In this document: positions 1 to 9,290 of the stretch, piece after piece
How the letters are laid out: each line of letters opens with the position of its first letter
How positions within the stretch are numbered: the first letter of the stretch is position 1
Assembly: GCA_001657395.1 (NCBI GenBank)
Contig: LYSY01000012.1
Span: forward strand, 18,909 to 82,908
Length of the DNA stretch: 64,000 bases
From: Rhodospirillales bacterium BBD 1991-14
GTDB taxonomy: Bacteria > Pseudomonadota > Alphaproteobacteria > Kiloniellales > Kiloniellaceae
Reading direction: 5' to 3'
Made by a program: the position numbers and the translations under genes
Notes under the pieces: generated by a model
What the model was told of the DNA's origin: nothing
Database searches by the model: none
What the model saw: the letters and a program-made list of their open reading frames with translations, nothing else

Positions 1-2928
1 GAAATCCAGAAGATGGACGAGGTCCACGTGGTGACCTCCCGCAACACGCCCGGGCTCTCGGTCATCGAGGTGGAAATCAAGGACCGCTTCGACGGGGGCG
101 ACCTGCCGCAGATCTGGGACGACCTGCGCGACCGCGTCGCCGATGCGGTGCCGTCGCTGCCGCCCGGCGCCCAGGCGCCCGAGGTGAACGACGGCTTCGG
201 CGATGTCTACGGGCTCTACTATGCGGTGACGGCGCCCGGGTTCAGCGACGATGAGCTCTGGGAGATCGCCACCTTTCTGCGCCGCGAAGTCCTTACCGTG
301 ACCGGCGTCGCCGATGCGGAACTGCTCGGGCTGCCGGAGGAGGCGATCTTCGTCGAGCCCTTCAGCCGGACGCTCGCCAACCTGGGCGTCCCACCGAGCG
401 TCATTCTGGAGGCCGTGAGCCGTGCCGATGCGGTGGTTCCTTCCGGTTCGGCCGAAAACGAAAGCCGCGACTTGAGGGTCGACCCGCCACGCGGCGAAGG
501 CAGCATCGAGGAAATCGGCGCCCTCAGCTTCGGGTTCGAGGGCGAGGTTCTCAATCTCCTGGATGTTGCCGGGGTCAGGCGAGCCCGGGTCGACGACCCG
601 TCGCAGATCATCCGCCACAACGGGGTGGAGGCCTTTACCCTGGGCATTGCCGGGCTGACCTCGGCGAATATTGTCACGGTCGGCGAAGCGGTGGAACGCC
701 GGCTTGCGGAGGTTGCCCCGCTGCTGCCAGTCGGCGTGGCGATCGCGCCGATCTACGAGCAGCACAGGGTGGTCGAGAACGCCAATCTGGACGTCCTGCG
801 CGGTCTGGGTCTTTCGCTCGCCATCGTGATCGCGGTGCTGGCCCTGTTCATGGGCTGGCGGGCCGCCATGGTGGTCGGGGCGACGCTGCTGCTGACCATC
901 AGCCTCACTTTCCTGTTCATGGCGTTCTTCGACATCAAGGTCGAGCGCATCAGCCTCGGCGCCCTGATCATTGCCATGGGCATGCTGGTCGACAATGCCA
1001 TTGTCGTTGCCGAGGGCATGCAGGTCGAGATGCGCAAGGGGCGCAGCGCCCGCGATGCCGCTGCCGAGGTGGCGCGCAAGACGCAGATCCCGCTTCTGGG
1101 CGCCACCGTCATCGGGGTCATGGCCTTTGCCGGGATCGGGCTCAGCCCGGACAGCTCCGGTGAGTTCCTGTTTTCCCTCTTTGCCGTCATCGGCATCTCG
1201 CTGATGCTGTCGTGGTTTCTCGCGGTCACCGTGACCCCCCTGCTGGCCAGCTACGCCTTTCGCGTCGGCGGCCTGGCGGAGGGGGAGACGGCTTACGGCG
1301 GCGCATTCTTTCGCGGTTACGCGTCGCTTGTGCGGGGGGCGTTGCGCCTGCGCTGGCTCGTCATCGTCGGCCTCGTCGGCGGGACGGTCGCCTGCATCGG
1401 CGCCTTCGGCATGGTGACGCAGCAGTTCTTTCCGCCGGCCAACACACCGCTTTTCTACTTCAACTACAAGGCGGCGCAGGGCACGCCGATCCGCGAGACC
1501 GCTGCAGACCTCGCCGTGATCGAGGACTGGCTGCTCCGGCGCGACGATGTCAAAGCCGTGACCGCGACGGCGGGCCGCAGCCTCACCCGTTTCCTCCTGA
1601 CCTACCAGCCGGAAAACCCCGAGCCCAGCTATGGCGAACTCGTCATCCGGGCGGCGAGCTTCGATGCCATCCCGGCGCTGCGCGACGATCTCGCTGCCTT
1701 TGCGCGCGCGACGCTGCCCTGGGCGCAGACGCGGGTCGAGCAGATCATCTACGGGCCGCCGGTCACTGCCGATGTCGAGGTCCGCCTGTCCGGTCCCGAC
1801 CCGGACGTTCTGCGCCGCCTCGCCGATGAAGTGCAGCAGCTTTTCGAAGGCGGCAGCGCCGTCCTGCAGGCCGAGCAGACGGACTGGAGCCAGCGCGAGC
1901 TGGTCACGCGCCCGGTCTATGCCAGCGACCGCGGCCAGGCCCTCGGCATCGAGCGCAGAGATATCGCACAGGCGATCGCTCTGGCGACGGACGGGATCCC
2001 TGCGGGCACCTTTCGCGAGCGTGACCGCCTGATCCCCATCATCATTCGCAGTCCGCGCGAGGAGATGACCGCGGACGGGCGGCTGCTCGACCAGATCGTC
2101 TATGCGCCGGCCAGCGGCACCTACACGACCCTGAACCAGGTGATCGACGGCTTCGAAATAGTCTCCCGGGATACGGCGATCGAGCGCAGGAACCGGGAAC
2201 CCACGGTCAGCGTTCAGGCCTTCACCGTTCCCGCTGTCCTGCCGCCGGCTGCCTTCGCGGAAGTCCGTCCGCTGGTGGAGGCGATGCAGCTGCCGCCCGG
2301 CTATCGCATGGAGTGGGGCGGCGAGTACGAGAGCGCCACCGAAGCGCAGACGAGCCTCGGCATGCAGATGCCGCTGTCCTTCGGGACGATGCTGCTGATC
2401 ACCATCCTGCTGTTCGGGAAGCTGCGCCAGACGGCGGTCATCTGGACCATCGTGCCCATGGCCGTGAACGGCGTCGCCCTCGGGCTTTTGCTGAGCGGCC
2501 TGCCTTTCAGCTTCACGGCCATGCTCGGGCTTCTCAGCCTTTCCGGGATGCTGATCAAGAACGGCATCGTGCTGGTCGAGGAGATCGATGCGCAGAAGTC
2601 CGAAAACGCGCTGCCGCAGTCGGAGGCGATCGTTGCCGCCTCGGTGAGCCGCCTGCGGCCCGTGGCGCTCGCCGCCGCGACAACCATTCTCGGCATGGTT
2701 CCGCTGCTCTTCGATGTCTTCTTCGCGTCGATGGCGGTGACCATCATGTGCGGGCTTGGCTTCGCCTCCATCCTCACGCTCTTCGGCGTGCCGGTGCTGT
2801 ACCACACCTACCTCCGCAAGGAACGCCGTGCGGAAGCGGCGGGCGCCCTGCCGAAGTCGTCAAACACCGATCGCGAAGCCATGCCGCCGGCTGCGCTGAA
2901 GGAAGCCGCCGGTCTCGCCGCGGAATGA
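1..2928 (+). CDS. RND efflux transporter permease (AcrB/AcrD/AcrF family), 5' end lies outside the window
   Basis: Frame is open from base 1. Motifs GMLVDNAIVVAE and GMLIKNGIVLVE, SRLRPV, two large periplasmic loops and two TM blocks. Confidence 0.93.
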   Translation, partial: EIQKMDEVHVVTSRNTPGLSVIEVEIKDRFDGGDLPQIWDDLRDRVADAVPSLPPGAQAPEVNDGFGDVYGLYYAVTAPGFSDDELWEIATFLRREVLTVTGVADAELLGLPEEAIFVEPFSRTLANLGVPPSVILEAVSRADAVVPSGSAENESRDLRVDPPRGEGSIEEIGALSFGFEGEVLNLLDVAGVRRARVDDPSQIIRHNGVEAFTLGIAGLTSANIVTVGEAVERRLAEVAPLLPVGVAIAPIYEQHRVVENANLDVLRGLGLSLAIVIAVLALFMGWRAAMVVGATLLLTISLTFLFMAFFDIKVERISLGALIIAMGMLVDNAIVVAEGMQVEMRKGRSARDAAAEVARKTQIPLLGATVIGVMAFAGIGLSPDSSGEFLFSLFAVIGISLMLSWFLAVTVTPLLASYAFRVGGLAEGETAYGGAFFRGYASLVRGALRLRWLVIVGLVGGTVACIGAFGMVTQQFFPPANTPLFYFNYKAAQGTPIRETAADLAVIEDWLLRRDDVKAVTATAGRSLTRFLLTYQPENPEPSYGELVIRAASFDAIPALRDDLAAFARATLPWAQTRVEQIIYGPPVTADVEVRLSGPDPDVLRRLADEVQQLFEGGSAVLQAEQTDWSQRELVTRPVYASDRGQALGIERRDIAQAIALATDGIPAGTFRERDRLIPIIIRSPREEMTADGRLLDQIVYAPASGTYTTLNQVIDGFEIVSRDTAIERRNREPTVSVQAFTVPAVLPPAAFAEVRPLVEAMQLPPGYRMEWGGEYESATEAQTSLGMQMPLSFGTMLLITILLFGKLRQTAVIWTIVPMAVNGVALGLLLSGLPFSFTAMLGLLSLSGMLIKNGIVLVEEIDAQKSENALPQSEAIVAASVSRLRPVALAAATTILGMVPLLFDVFFASMAVTIMCGLGFASILTLFGVPVLYHTYLRKERRAEAAGALPKSSNTDREAMPPAALKEAAGLAAE

Positions 2929-3005
2929 TGGCCCAGGGGGCTGGTTGGGTGCGGCCATGATCAAGACCGGGCGGCAGCTTCAGCGGTCACCCGAGCAAAG
3001 GACTC

Positions 3006-4208
3006 TCATTCCGCCGATGCTGAGGTGGGAGCCGCTTCCGCGGTGACGGGAGCGGGTTGGCGCGCGAAGACCGTGACGAAGCCCAGGGTTGCGGCGCCGA
3101 GCGAGAAGGCGGCGGCGAGGCCGAACATGTGCGGCCACGAGAACCCCGCCGCGATGCCGGCGAGCACTGCGCCGAGCGCACCGATGCCGTCCAGCAGGAC
3201 GAAGGCAAGGCCCAGCGTCGTTCCTTCGCTGCGGCCGCTGTGATCGACCGCGCCCGCGAGAATGGCGGCGCGGATCGCATCCAGGGCGGCGACCGCGACG
3301 ACCATCGCGGCGATCATGATCCAGAGCGCGGGCTGGAAAACCAGCACTGTGATCGCCAGTGCCGCTGTAAGATTGCCGAACACGACGACCGGACGGCGTC
3401 CGGCGATGTCGGAGACCTTGCCGACCCAGGGCTGCGCCAGCGCGCCGATGATCAGCATGGTCGAAAACGCAATGCCGGCTGCCTCCGGCCCGAAGCCGTG
3501 CTGGTCCGCAAGATAGAGCGGGATCATGCTGAGAAGCGCAATCAGGGCCATGTTGTAGAGGCAGATCATCGCCACCATGCGGAGTCCGTTGCCCCGCCGC
3601 CACATGTTCAGAAGGTCGAGCAGGTCCTGCCTGGTGACCGACGTCTTCTCGACACGCGGAACTCCGCGCGCCACGAAGAAGAAGCAGAAGCCCATGAGCG
3701 CGGCGGGCAGTACCGAGATCGCCAGCGCCTCGCGCCAGTCGACGTAAGCGAGAAGAAAGCCGACGGCGAGCGGCGACAGGACCTCGGCAAGCGAGCCGCC
3801 GATGGCGTGAATGCCGAGCACATGAGCGCGCCGTTCCTTGCTGTTGCGCGCAAGCACGCCGGTGGCGATCGGGTGCCAGGCAGCATCGCCCATGCCCGCG
3901 ACGGCAAGCAGCAGTGCGAGGCTCCAGAATCCCGGCGCCATGGCGGCCAGCAGGTACCCGACGGCGACCCACCAGAACGTGGCGACCAGGAGCCGGCCCC
4001 GGTTCGCGACGTGATCGGCGAGGATGCCGGCTGGCAGATAGGCGAGGGCGCCGCCGACGTTGCAGATCGTGAACAGCAGGCCGACCTCGGCCGGCGAAAG
4101 GTCCATGGCGATGCCGACCGCCGGCACGATCAGCCACAGCGAACAGATCGGCCAGTCGTTGGCGAAATGGCCCAGCGCGAACCACGTCAGGAGGGTGCGG
4201 TTTTTCAT
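3006..4208 (-). CDS. MFS transporter (Fsr-like)
   Basis: About 400-aa hydrophobic ORF with about 12 TM segments and motif A-like GILADH and GKVSDIAGRR. Start taken at ATG 4208 (MKNRTLL). Confidence 0.88.
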   Translation of the reverse strand: MKNRTLLTWFALGHFANDWPICSLWLIVPAVGIAMDLSPAEVGLLFTICNVGGALAYLPAGILADHVANRGRLLVATFWWVAVGYLLAAMAPGFWSLALLLAVAGMGDAAWHPIATGVLARNSKERRAHVLGIHAIGGSLAEVLSPLAVGFLLAYVDWREALAISVLPAALMGFCFFFVARGVPRVEKTSVTRQDLLDLLNMWRRGNGLRMVAMICLYNMALIALLSMIPLYLADQHGFGPEAAGIAFSTMLIIGALAQPWVGKVSDIAGRRPVVVFGNLTAALAITVLVFQPALWIMIAAMVVAVAALDAIRAAILAGAVDHSGRSEGTTLGLAFVLLDGIGALGAVLAGIAAGFSWPHMFGLAAAFSLGAATLGFVTVFARQPAPVTAEAAPTSASAE

Positions 4209-4333
4209 GGCGCTATCATGCTCTGATCGGAAAGTGCGGACCTCGGGCCCGAAAGGCTTGAGCACCCTAGGTCAGAGCGGTATGTCTTTCAGTCGACATC
4301 AAGACGAATAGCATCTAGAAATCGTCAAACATC

Positions 4334-5110
4334 ATGACCAACCCAAACCACCATCCCCTGAGCGACTTGGGCGAAGTTGTTCGGCCGCGCTACCTGGGGG
4401 AACTCGTCAGACCGACGTCCGGCGAAAGCTACGACTGGCATACCCACGACTTCGGGCAACTCATCTCCGCTGCATCGGGGTCCATGTACGTCGGTACGCC
4501 GGGCCGCGTCCTCTTGCTCAGTCCGGCGATGGTGTTGTGGATTCCGCCGGACGTTGAGCATTGGATGCGGTACGGATCGAACAACGAGATGCGTTACGTC
4601 GACGTACGCAAGGGCGAAGCTGAACTGGTCGGGGAGGACTGCCGGATCATGGCAATGACGCCGTTGCTGAACGCCCTGATGGCCGGCACCATGCCCGACC
4701 GTGCCGCGAGCCGCGCGAACGACCACAACGATGCGCTTCACGATCTCCTGCGTCATGAACTGGTCGCCGCCCCGGATGTACCGCTCTCGATCGCCATGCC
4801 GCAGGACCATCGCATCAGCCGCTTTGCCGAAGCGGCGCTCGATGATCCGGGTGCGATCGGATCGGTCGACTCCTGGCTTGCCGAAGCCCCTGCCAGCCGC
4901 AAGACCATCGAACGGTTGTTCGTCACAGAAACGGGAATGCCGCCGTCGCGGTGGCTGCGGCACGCGCGCATTCTTCATGCCATTTCAAGGCTCGCCGCCG
5001 GCGAGAAGGTCAGCTCGGTCGCCTTCGACATGGGCTATGCGTCTTCAAGCGCGTTCAGCTACATGTTTCGCCGTACCCTCGGACGGAGCCCCAGCGATTT
5101 CGGCGTCTGA
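4334..5110 (+). CDS. AraC-family regulator with N-terminal cupin domain (NimR-like), divergent from the MFS gene
   Basis: WHTH..GQL cupin motif. C-terminal VAFDMGYASSSAFSYMFRR AraC signature. Confidence 0.92.
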   Translation: MTNPNHHPLSDLGEVVRPRYLGELVRPTSGESYDWHTHDFGQLISAASGSMYVGTPGRVLLLSPAMVLWIPPDVEHWMRYGSNNEMRYVDVRKGEAELVGEDCRIMAMTPLLNALMAGTMPDRAASRANDHNDALHDLLRHELVAAPDVPLSIAMPQDHRISRFAEAALDDPGAIGSVDSWLAEAPASRKTIERLFVTETGMPPSRWLRHARILHAISRLAAGEKVSSVAFDMGYASSSAFSYMFRRTLGRSPSDFGV

Positions 5111-5330
5111 GCCCCGGCAGTGAAGTCTGAGTGGGGCGAGACCGGCGTTCTTGCCGGTGTGATCGAGGCAGGTGCCTGGGTCCTGGCGACGCTTCGCCAA
5201 GCTTTGCGGGGCGGCGGCTGCAGCTTCGGAGAGCTCCGAGGGTTTTCTGGCGGGCGCCGCAGGCGAGGGCAGCGCCAAACCGGTCCAGTGGCGAATCCCC
5301 ATTTTCCCTTTGCATCGGTCCGCCAGGATC

Positions 5331-5345
5331 ATGACCGCTGGTTAT
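5331..5345. promoter_or_regulatory. Candidate LysR-type box upstream of the ECF sigma/LysR genes
   Basis: ATGACC-GCT-GGTTAT, a near-palindrome fitting T-N11-A. Confidence 0.4.
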
Positions 5346-5457
5346 GGAATCTGGACCAAGCGGCATTGGAGACGCTCGCGATCCTCGGATAGCTATGGAG
5401 CACCCGGTCACTTCGACCGTGTTTCCAGAGACGGCGAGCATAAGGGGTAGGGCAAAG

Positions 5458-6084
5458 ATGGGACAGAGCAACGCAGTGCCCGGCGGCGGCACGCGCGCCT
5501 ACGATCACGGATTGGTTTCGCGTTTGAAGCGCGGTGACGAGGCGGCCTATGCAGAGGCGGTTCACCTGCACAGCGGCCGCCTGTTGGCGGTTGCGCGCCG
5601 CATTCTCGGCAACGAGGAAGACGCGCGCGACTGCGTGCAGGAGACCTTTGTCCAGCTCTTCCGTTCGATTGAGCGCTTCGAGGGACGGTCATCGCTGGGT
5701 TGCTGGCTGCATCAGATCGTCACGAACGCTGCGCTTATGCGTCTGCGCAGACTGCGGCGAGAACGCTTGGCGGGCATGCGATCATGCCCCGAAGACTACG
5801 AAGTCGCTTCGGAGGACGCTCTCTGGCAGACGTCGGCCTCTCCCGAGGCCGAAGCCGAAGGCCGCGAAGTCAGCGCCCAGGTGCGCGGCGCGATCAAGGC
5901 TCTGCCCGAACCCTACCGCCGCATTATCGAGATGCGGGACATTTTCGAACTCGATACGGCGGAGACCGCAGAGCGGATGGGGATATCGGTGAGCAATGCG
6001 AAGGTCCGGCTGCACCGCGCCAGATCGGCATTGCGAGCCGCCCTGGAGCCGATCATGGGAGAGGAAGCGACCAGTCTGTTTTAA
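5458..6084 (+). CDS. ECF RNA polymerase sigma-70 factor
   Basis: Region 2 EDARDCVQETF...FEGRSSLGCWLHQI and region 4 LPEPYRRII...SNAKVRLHRAR. Start is uncertain (5395 or 5458). Confidence 0.9.
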   Translation: MGQSNAVPGGGTRAYDHGLVSRLKRGDEAAYAEAVHLHSGRLLAVARRILGNEEDARDCVQETFVQLFRSIERFEGRSSLGCWLHQIVTNAALMRLRRLRRERLAGMRSCPEDYEVASEDALWQTSASPEAEAEGREVSAQVRGAIKALPEPYRRIIEMRDIFELDTAETAERMGISVSNAKVRLHRARSALRAALEPIMGEEATSLF

Positions 6085-6190
6085 AGGGCGTCTTGGGATG
6101 GAGCAAAGGGGGAATGGAGAAAAGGGGATGGCGAGGCGATGACCGCGACGGTACACTGCGGCCATCGATCGGGCCGAGATGGAAGCCAAG

Positions 6191-7078
6191 ATGGAGATGC
6201 ATCAGGTCCGCTACTTTTCAGCGGTTTGCAAAACTCAGAACTTCACCCGGGCGGCCGAGGAGTGCAACGTCTCCCAGCCTGCCTTGACGCGCGCGATCAA
6301 GAAGCTCGAGCAGGAACTGGGTGGCGAGCTCTTCCACCGTGACAGCCGCATGGTCCGGCTGACACGCCTCGGCCAGACGATGCAGCCGCTGATCGAGCAG
6401 ACTCTGGCGGCAGCGCAGGCGGCGAAAGCGCAGGCCGAGCACTTCCGCCGCTCCGAGACCTCGTTGCTGAACCTGGGTGTTTCCATGACCATGTCGCCGC
6501 GCCTGCTGGTCGAGCCGATCTCCGAGATCAATCGGCGTTTCAGCGGGCTGGAATTGGTTCTGGATCAGGAACCTGCCGGACACCTGCTGCACCAGCTCGA
6601 GGACGGGGACCTGGAACTGGCTATCTTTGCCACAGGAGAAAGACTGCCGGACCGTATGCACCGCTGGCCGCTCTATAAGGAGCGCCATCACGTGGTCTTC
6701 CCTGCGGATCACCCGCTGGCCGAACGGGACAGCATTCCGATCGCCGCTTTGGACGGCGAGACCTGGATTGATCGCCCCTATTGCTCGGTTCCTGCGATGT
6801 TCGCCGAACTCTGCGAAAGCAGCGAAGTGCGCCTCGCCGTCAAGCACCGGGCCTCCGGCGACGACCAGGTTCAGCACATGGTGCTCGCCGGCTTGGGCTG
6901 TTCGCTGATGCCCACCGGCCGTGCAATCCTGCCGGGCATTGTCGCCCGGCCGGTTGACGAGTTCCCCGCAGAGCGCACGGTGGTGGTTGCAGCCATGGCC
7001 GGCCGGCCTTTCGCCCCGGCATCGGATGCTTTCGTGCGCCTTGTGCGTGCCCGCGACTGGCAATCTGCCCAGGCTTGA
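6191..7078 (+). CDS. LysR-family transcriptional regulator
   Basis: NFTRAAEECNVSQPALTRAIKKLEQELGGELF HTH followed by a LysR substrate-binding domain. Confidence 0.95.
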   Translation: MEMHQVRYFSAVCKTQNFTRAAEECNVSQPALTRAIKKLEQELGGELFHRDSRMVRLTRLGQTMQPLIEQTLAAAQAAKAQAEHFRRSETSLLNLGVSMTMSPRLLVEPISEINRRFSGLELVLDQEPAGHLLHQLEDGDLELAIFATGERLPDRMHRWPLYKERHHVVFPADHPLAERDSIPIAALDGETWIDRPYCSVPAMFAELCESSEVRLAVKHRASGDDQVQHMVLAGLGCSLMPTGRAILPGIVARPVDEFPAERTVVVAAMAGRPFAPASDAFVRLVRARDWQSAQA

Positions 7079-7098
7079 GGCGGTCACGACGCCTGAGG

Positions 7099-7722
7099 CT
7101 AGAGGCGTTTCAAGGCTTGAACCACCTCCTCCGGCGCCATGCGCACCCGGTAGTCCAGTTCGACGAAGGCCTTCCGCACGATGCCGCCGCAATCGATGAC
7201 ATAGGTCGCCGGGACCGGCAGGAACCAGCCATCGTTGCCCTGGAAAAGCGGCAGATCCCGGCCCAAGGCGGTGAACATGCTGCGCATACGGTCGTCGAGG
7301 CGGAACAACAGCCCGAAAGCCAGGGCGATGCCACTATCGACATCGGACAAAACTTCGAAGGACAGCGCGTGTCGCTCCTTCAAGGCCTTTGCCGCGCCGC
7401 CGGTTTCCGGTGTAATCACTGCGATCTCCGCACCGGCTGCTTCGATCTCCTTCTGCACCGTCTTCAACCCGTCCACTTCGCTGGCGCAGATCGTACACCA
7501 GTTGCCCCGGATGAAGCTGAGGACCAGTGGCCCCTTTTGCAACATCTCCTCGGAGGCAACCAGCCTGCCTTCTGCATTGGGCAGCAGGAACGCTGGCAGG
7601 GTATCGCCTTCCTTGAGGCTGTCTGCAGCGACGCCGGAGCTTGCAAGGTGTTCCAGAAAACGCTCGACTGCTGCTTCCGCGTCGGTGTTTTCCGAGCCTT
7701 TTGCTGTGGGCTCCTGAGTCAC
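7099..7722 (-). CDS. Peroxiredoxin-like AhpC/TSA family protein
   Basis: GD.LPAFLLPNAEG, GPLVLSFIRGNWCTIC (CxxC), LPVPATYVID, DYRVR. Confidence 0.88.
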   Translation of the reverse strand: MTQEPTAKGSENTDAEAAVERFLEHLASSGVAADSLKEGDTLPAFLLPNAEGRLVASEEMLQKGPLVLSFIRGNWCTICASEVDGLKTVQKEIEAAGAEIAVITPETGGAAKALKERHALSFEVLSDVDSGIALAFGLLFRLDDRMRSMFTALGRDLPLFQGNDGWFLPVPATYVIDCGGIVRKAFVELDYRVRMAPEEVVQALKRL

Positions 7723-7763
7723 GGAGCGGCTCCCTGCATGACTCTGTAATCGGTTTTGTCCAT
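7719..7763 (-). CDS. Putative 14-aa upstream ORF (MDKTDYRVMQGAAP) overlapping the peroxiredoxin start
   Basis: GGGGAGGA immediately precedes ATG 7763. Its TGA overlaps the peroxiredoxin GTG (GTGA). Confidence 0.3.
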   Translation of the reverse strand: MDKTDYRVMQGAAP

Positions 7764-7814
7764 GTCCTCCCCGAAACCGGCATCAGCCTAGCGCAGTGCA
7801 GTTTCACCGCCAAA

Positions 7815-8053
7815 CAGGTCAATGCCCCCTAAGATGCTGGGGTCATTCCCGGGGTTACTGCGGCTCTTCCCATGCGTCCACGGCTTCCCTGAGGTAGATT
7901 CATTCCCCCTGAGATGTCGGGTAAATCCCTGGGTTACTATGCAATTCTCCCCGCGCGCCAGGCTTCTTCGGGGCAGGTCGATTTCCCCTTCGATGTTGCG
8001 ATAACTCCTGGGTGACTGCGCGTCCCTCCACGCGACGGCGCCTTTGCCGGAGG
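7815..8053. repeat. Three degenerate tandem units with a period of 79-80 bp
   Basis: Units start at 7815, 7895 and 7974. GGTTACT/GGTTACT/GGTGACT at 7853, 7932 and 8011. CCCCT-NN-GATG occurs in each unit. Confidence 0.75.
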
Positions 8054-8127
8054 TGTCCTCGCGCCGGGTTTCGTGGTAAGCCCGGAACCGATGGAGGGTC
8101 GCACCGCGACCGCTGGATCATGGAGCG

Positions 8128-9033
8128 ATGCGCAGTTCGGAGCTTGCACGGCAGATCCTGGACACCCTGCGGCGGGAGCGCGCGGAGCCGGGATTCCATA
8201 TCCGCGAACAGTGGATTGCCGATGCGCTGGGCGTATCCCGCTCTCCCGTCCGCACGGCGCTGAAGCAGCTCGAGAAACATAAAATCGTCAGCCTGAAGCG
8301 GAGCCGCGGCTATTTCCTGACGGCGGCCCCGGGCTCCGACCTCTTCGAGCAGGTCGACCTGCCGATGCCGGAGGTGGAGCGGATCTACCGGCAGATCGCC
8401 AGCGAGCGCTTCGCCAACCTGCTGGGCAATCAGGTTTCCATCGCCGATCTGGTGCGGCGCTATGGCGTCGGCCGCAGCGTCATTCACAAGGTCCTGGCCC
8501 GTATGCAGGAAGACGGCCTGGTCGAGAAGACGCCCGGCCACGGCTGGGTCTTCGGCCCCGCTTTGAACGACGAAGCCTCCTATCAGGAAAGCTACCGCTT
8601 CCGGCTGCTGATGGAGCCGGCGGCCTTGCGCGAGGAGCGCTTCGATCTGCCGCCGGACGCGATCGCGCAGCTGCGCCAGCGGCACCTCGCCGCTCTGTCA
8701 TCGGGCATCGAGGGGGAACCCCTGAACAGCCTGCTGGACATCGACGCGGCCTTTCACAATGCCCTGGCCGAGGCCTGCGGGAACCGCTTTCTTGCCCAGT
8801 CGATCCGCCAGCAGACCCGGTTGCGCCGCCTTTCCGAGTACGAGAAGTACACCACCCCCGAGCGCCTGGAAGCCTCCTTTGCGGAGCATCTGGCCATTCT
8901 CGACGCGGTCGAGCGGGGCGCCCTGGCCGAGGCGGCCGAGCGCATGTCGCTGCACATCCGCATGTCCGACGAGAACCGGCCCGACTTCCGCAAGGTCCGG
9001 GTCTTGGCGCACCGCCGCCTGACACGCCGCTAG
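8128..9033 (+). CDS. GntR-family regulator with two tandem wHTH domains and an FCD domain
   Basis: LGVSRSPVRTAL and YGVGRSVIHKVL HTH motifs. FCD motifs DAAFHNAL and EHLAILDA. Confidence 0.9.
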   Translation: MRSSELARQILDTLRRERAEPGFHIREQWIADALGVSRSPVRTALKQLEKHKIVSLKRSRGYFLTAAPGSDLFEQVDLPMPEVERIYRQIASERFANLLGNQVSIADLVRRYGVGRSVIHKVLARMQEDGLVEKTPGHGWVFGPALNDEASYQESYRFRLLMEPAALREERFDLPPDAIAQLRQRHLAALSSGIEGEPLNSLLDIDAAFHNALAEACGNRFLAQSIRQQTRLRRLSEYEKYTTPERLEASFAEHLAILDAVERGALAEAAERMSLHIRMSDENRPDFRKVRVLAHRRLTRR

Positions 9034-9147
9034 ACCCCTTTTCCGGTCTCTGACTCCTCCGAAACGCTTGGCGTCCGGGCCGCAGTGCCCGGCGGACGGC
9101 ACGCTGAGCCGCGGAACCCCGGTCGTCTGGCAGGGTCGCGAATCCAG

Positions 9148-9175
9148 ATTGTATAATTTACCGAAATGATACAAT
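9148..9175. promoter_or_regulatory. Candidate GntR operator upstream of the ABC operon
   Basis: ATTGTATAATTT-accg-AAATGATACAAT, a 12-bp inverted repeat with one mismatch. It resembles GntR TGTATACA-type sites and forms an AT-rich island. Confidence 0.65.
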
Positions 9176-9290
9176 ATTGCGGAAAGACAGGGGCATCCGC
9201 GCGCGGGCTGAAGCTGTGATGGCGGGCAAGCGGGGCGGACAGAATGCGGGGCGGACAAACCGCCCCGGCAGACATGGAGGCAAATCGGCA

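Noticed and set aside
7815..8053. CRISPR interpretation of the 79-bp array
   Set aside because: The units are degenerate along their whole length, there are no identical repeats with unique spacers, and no cas genes are present.
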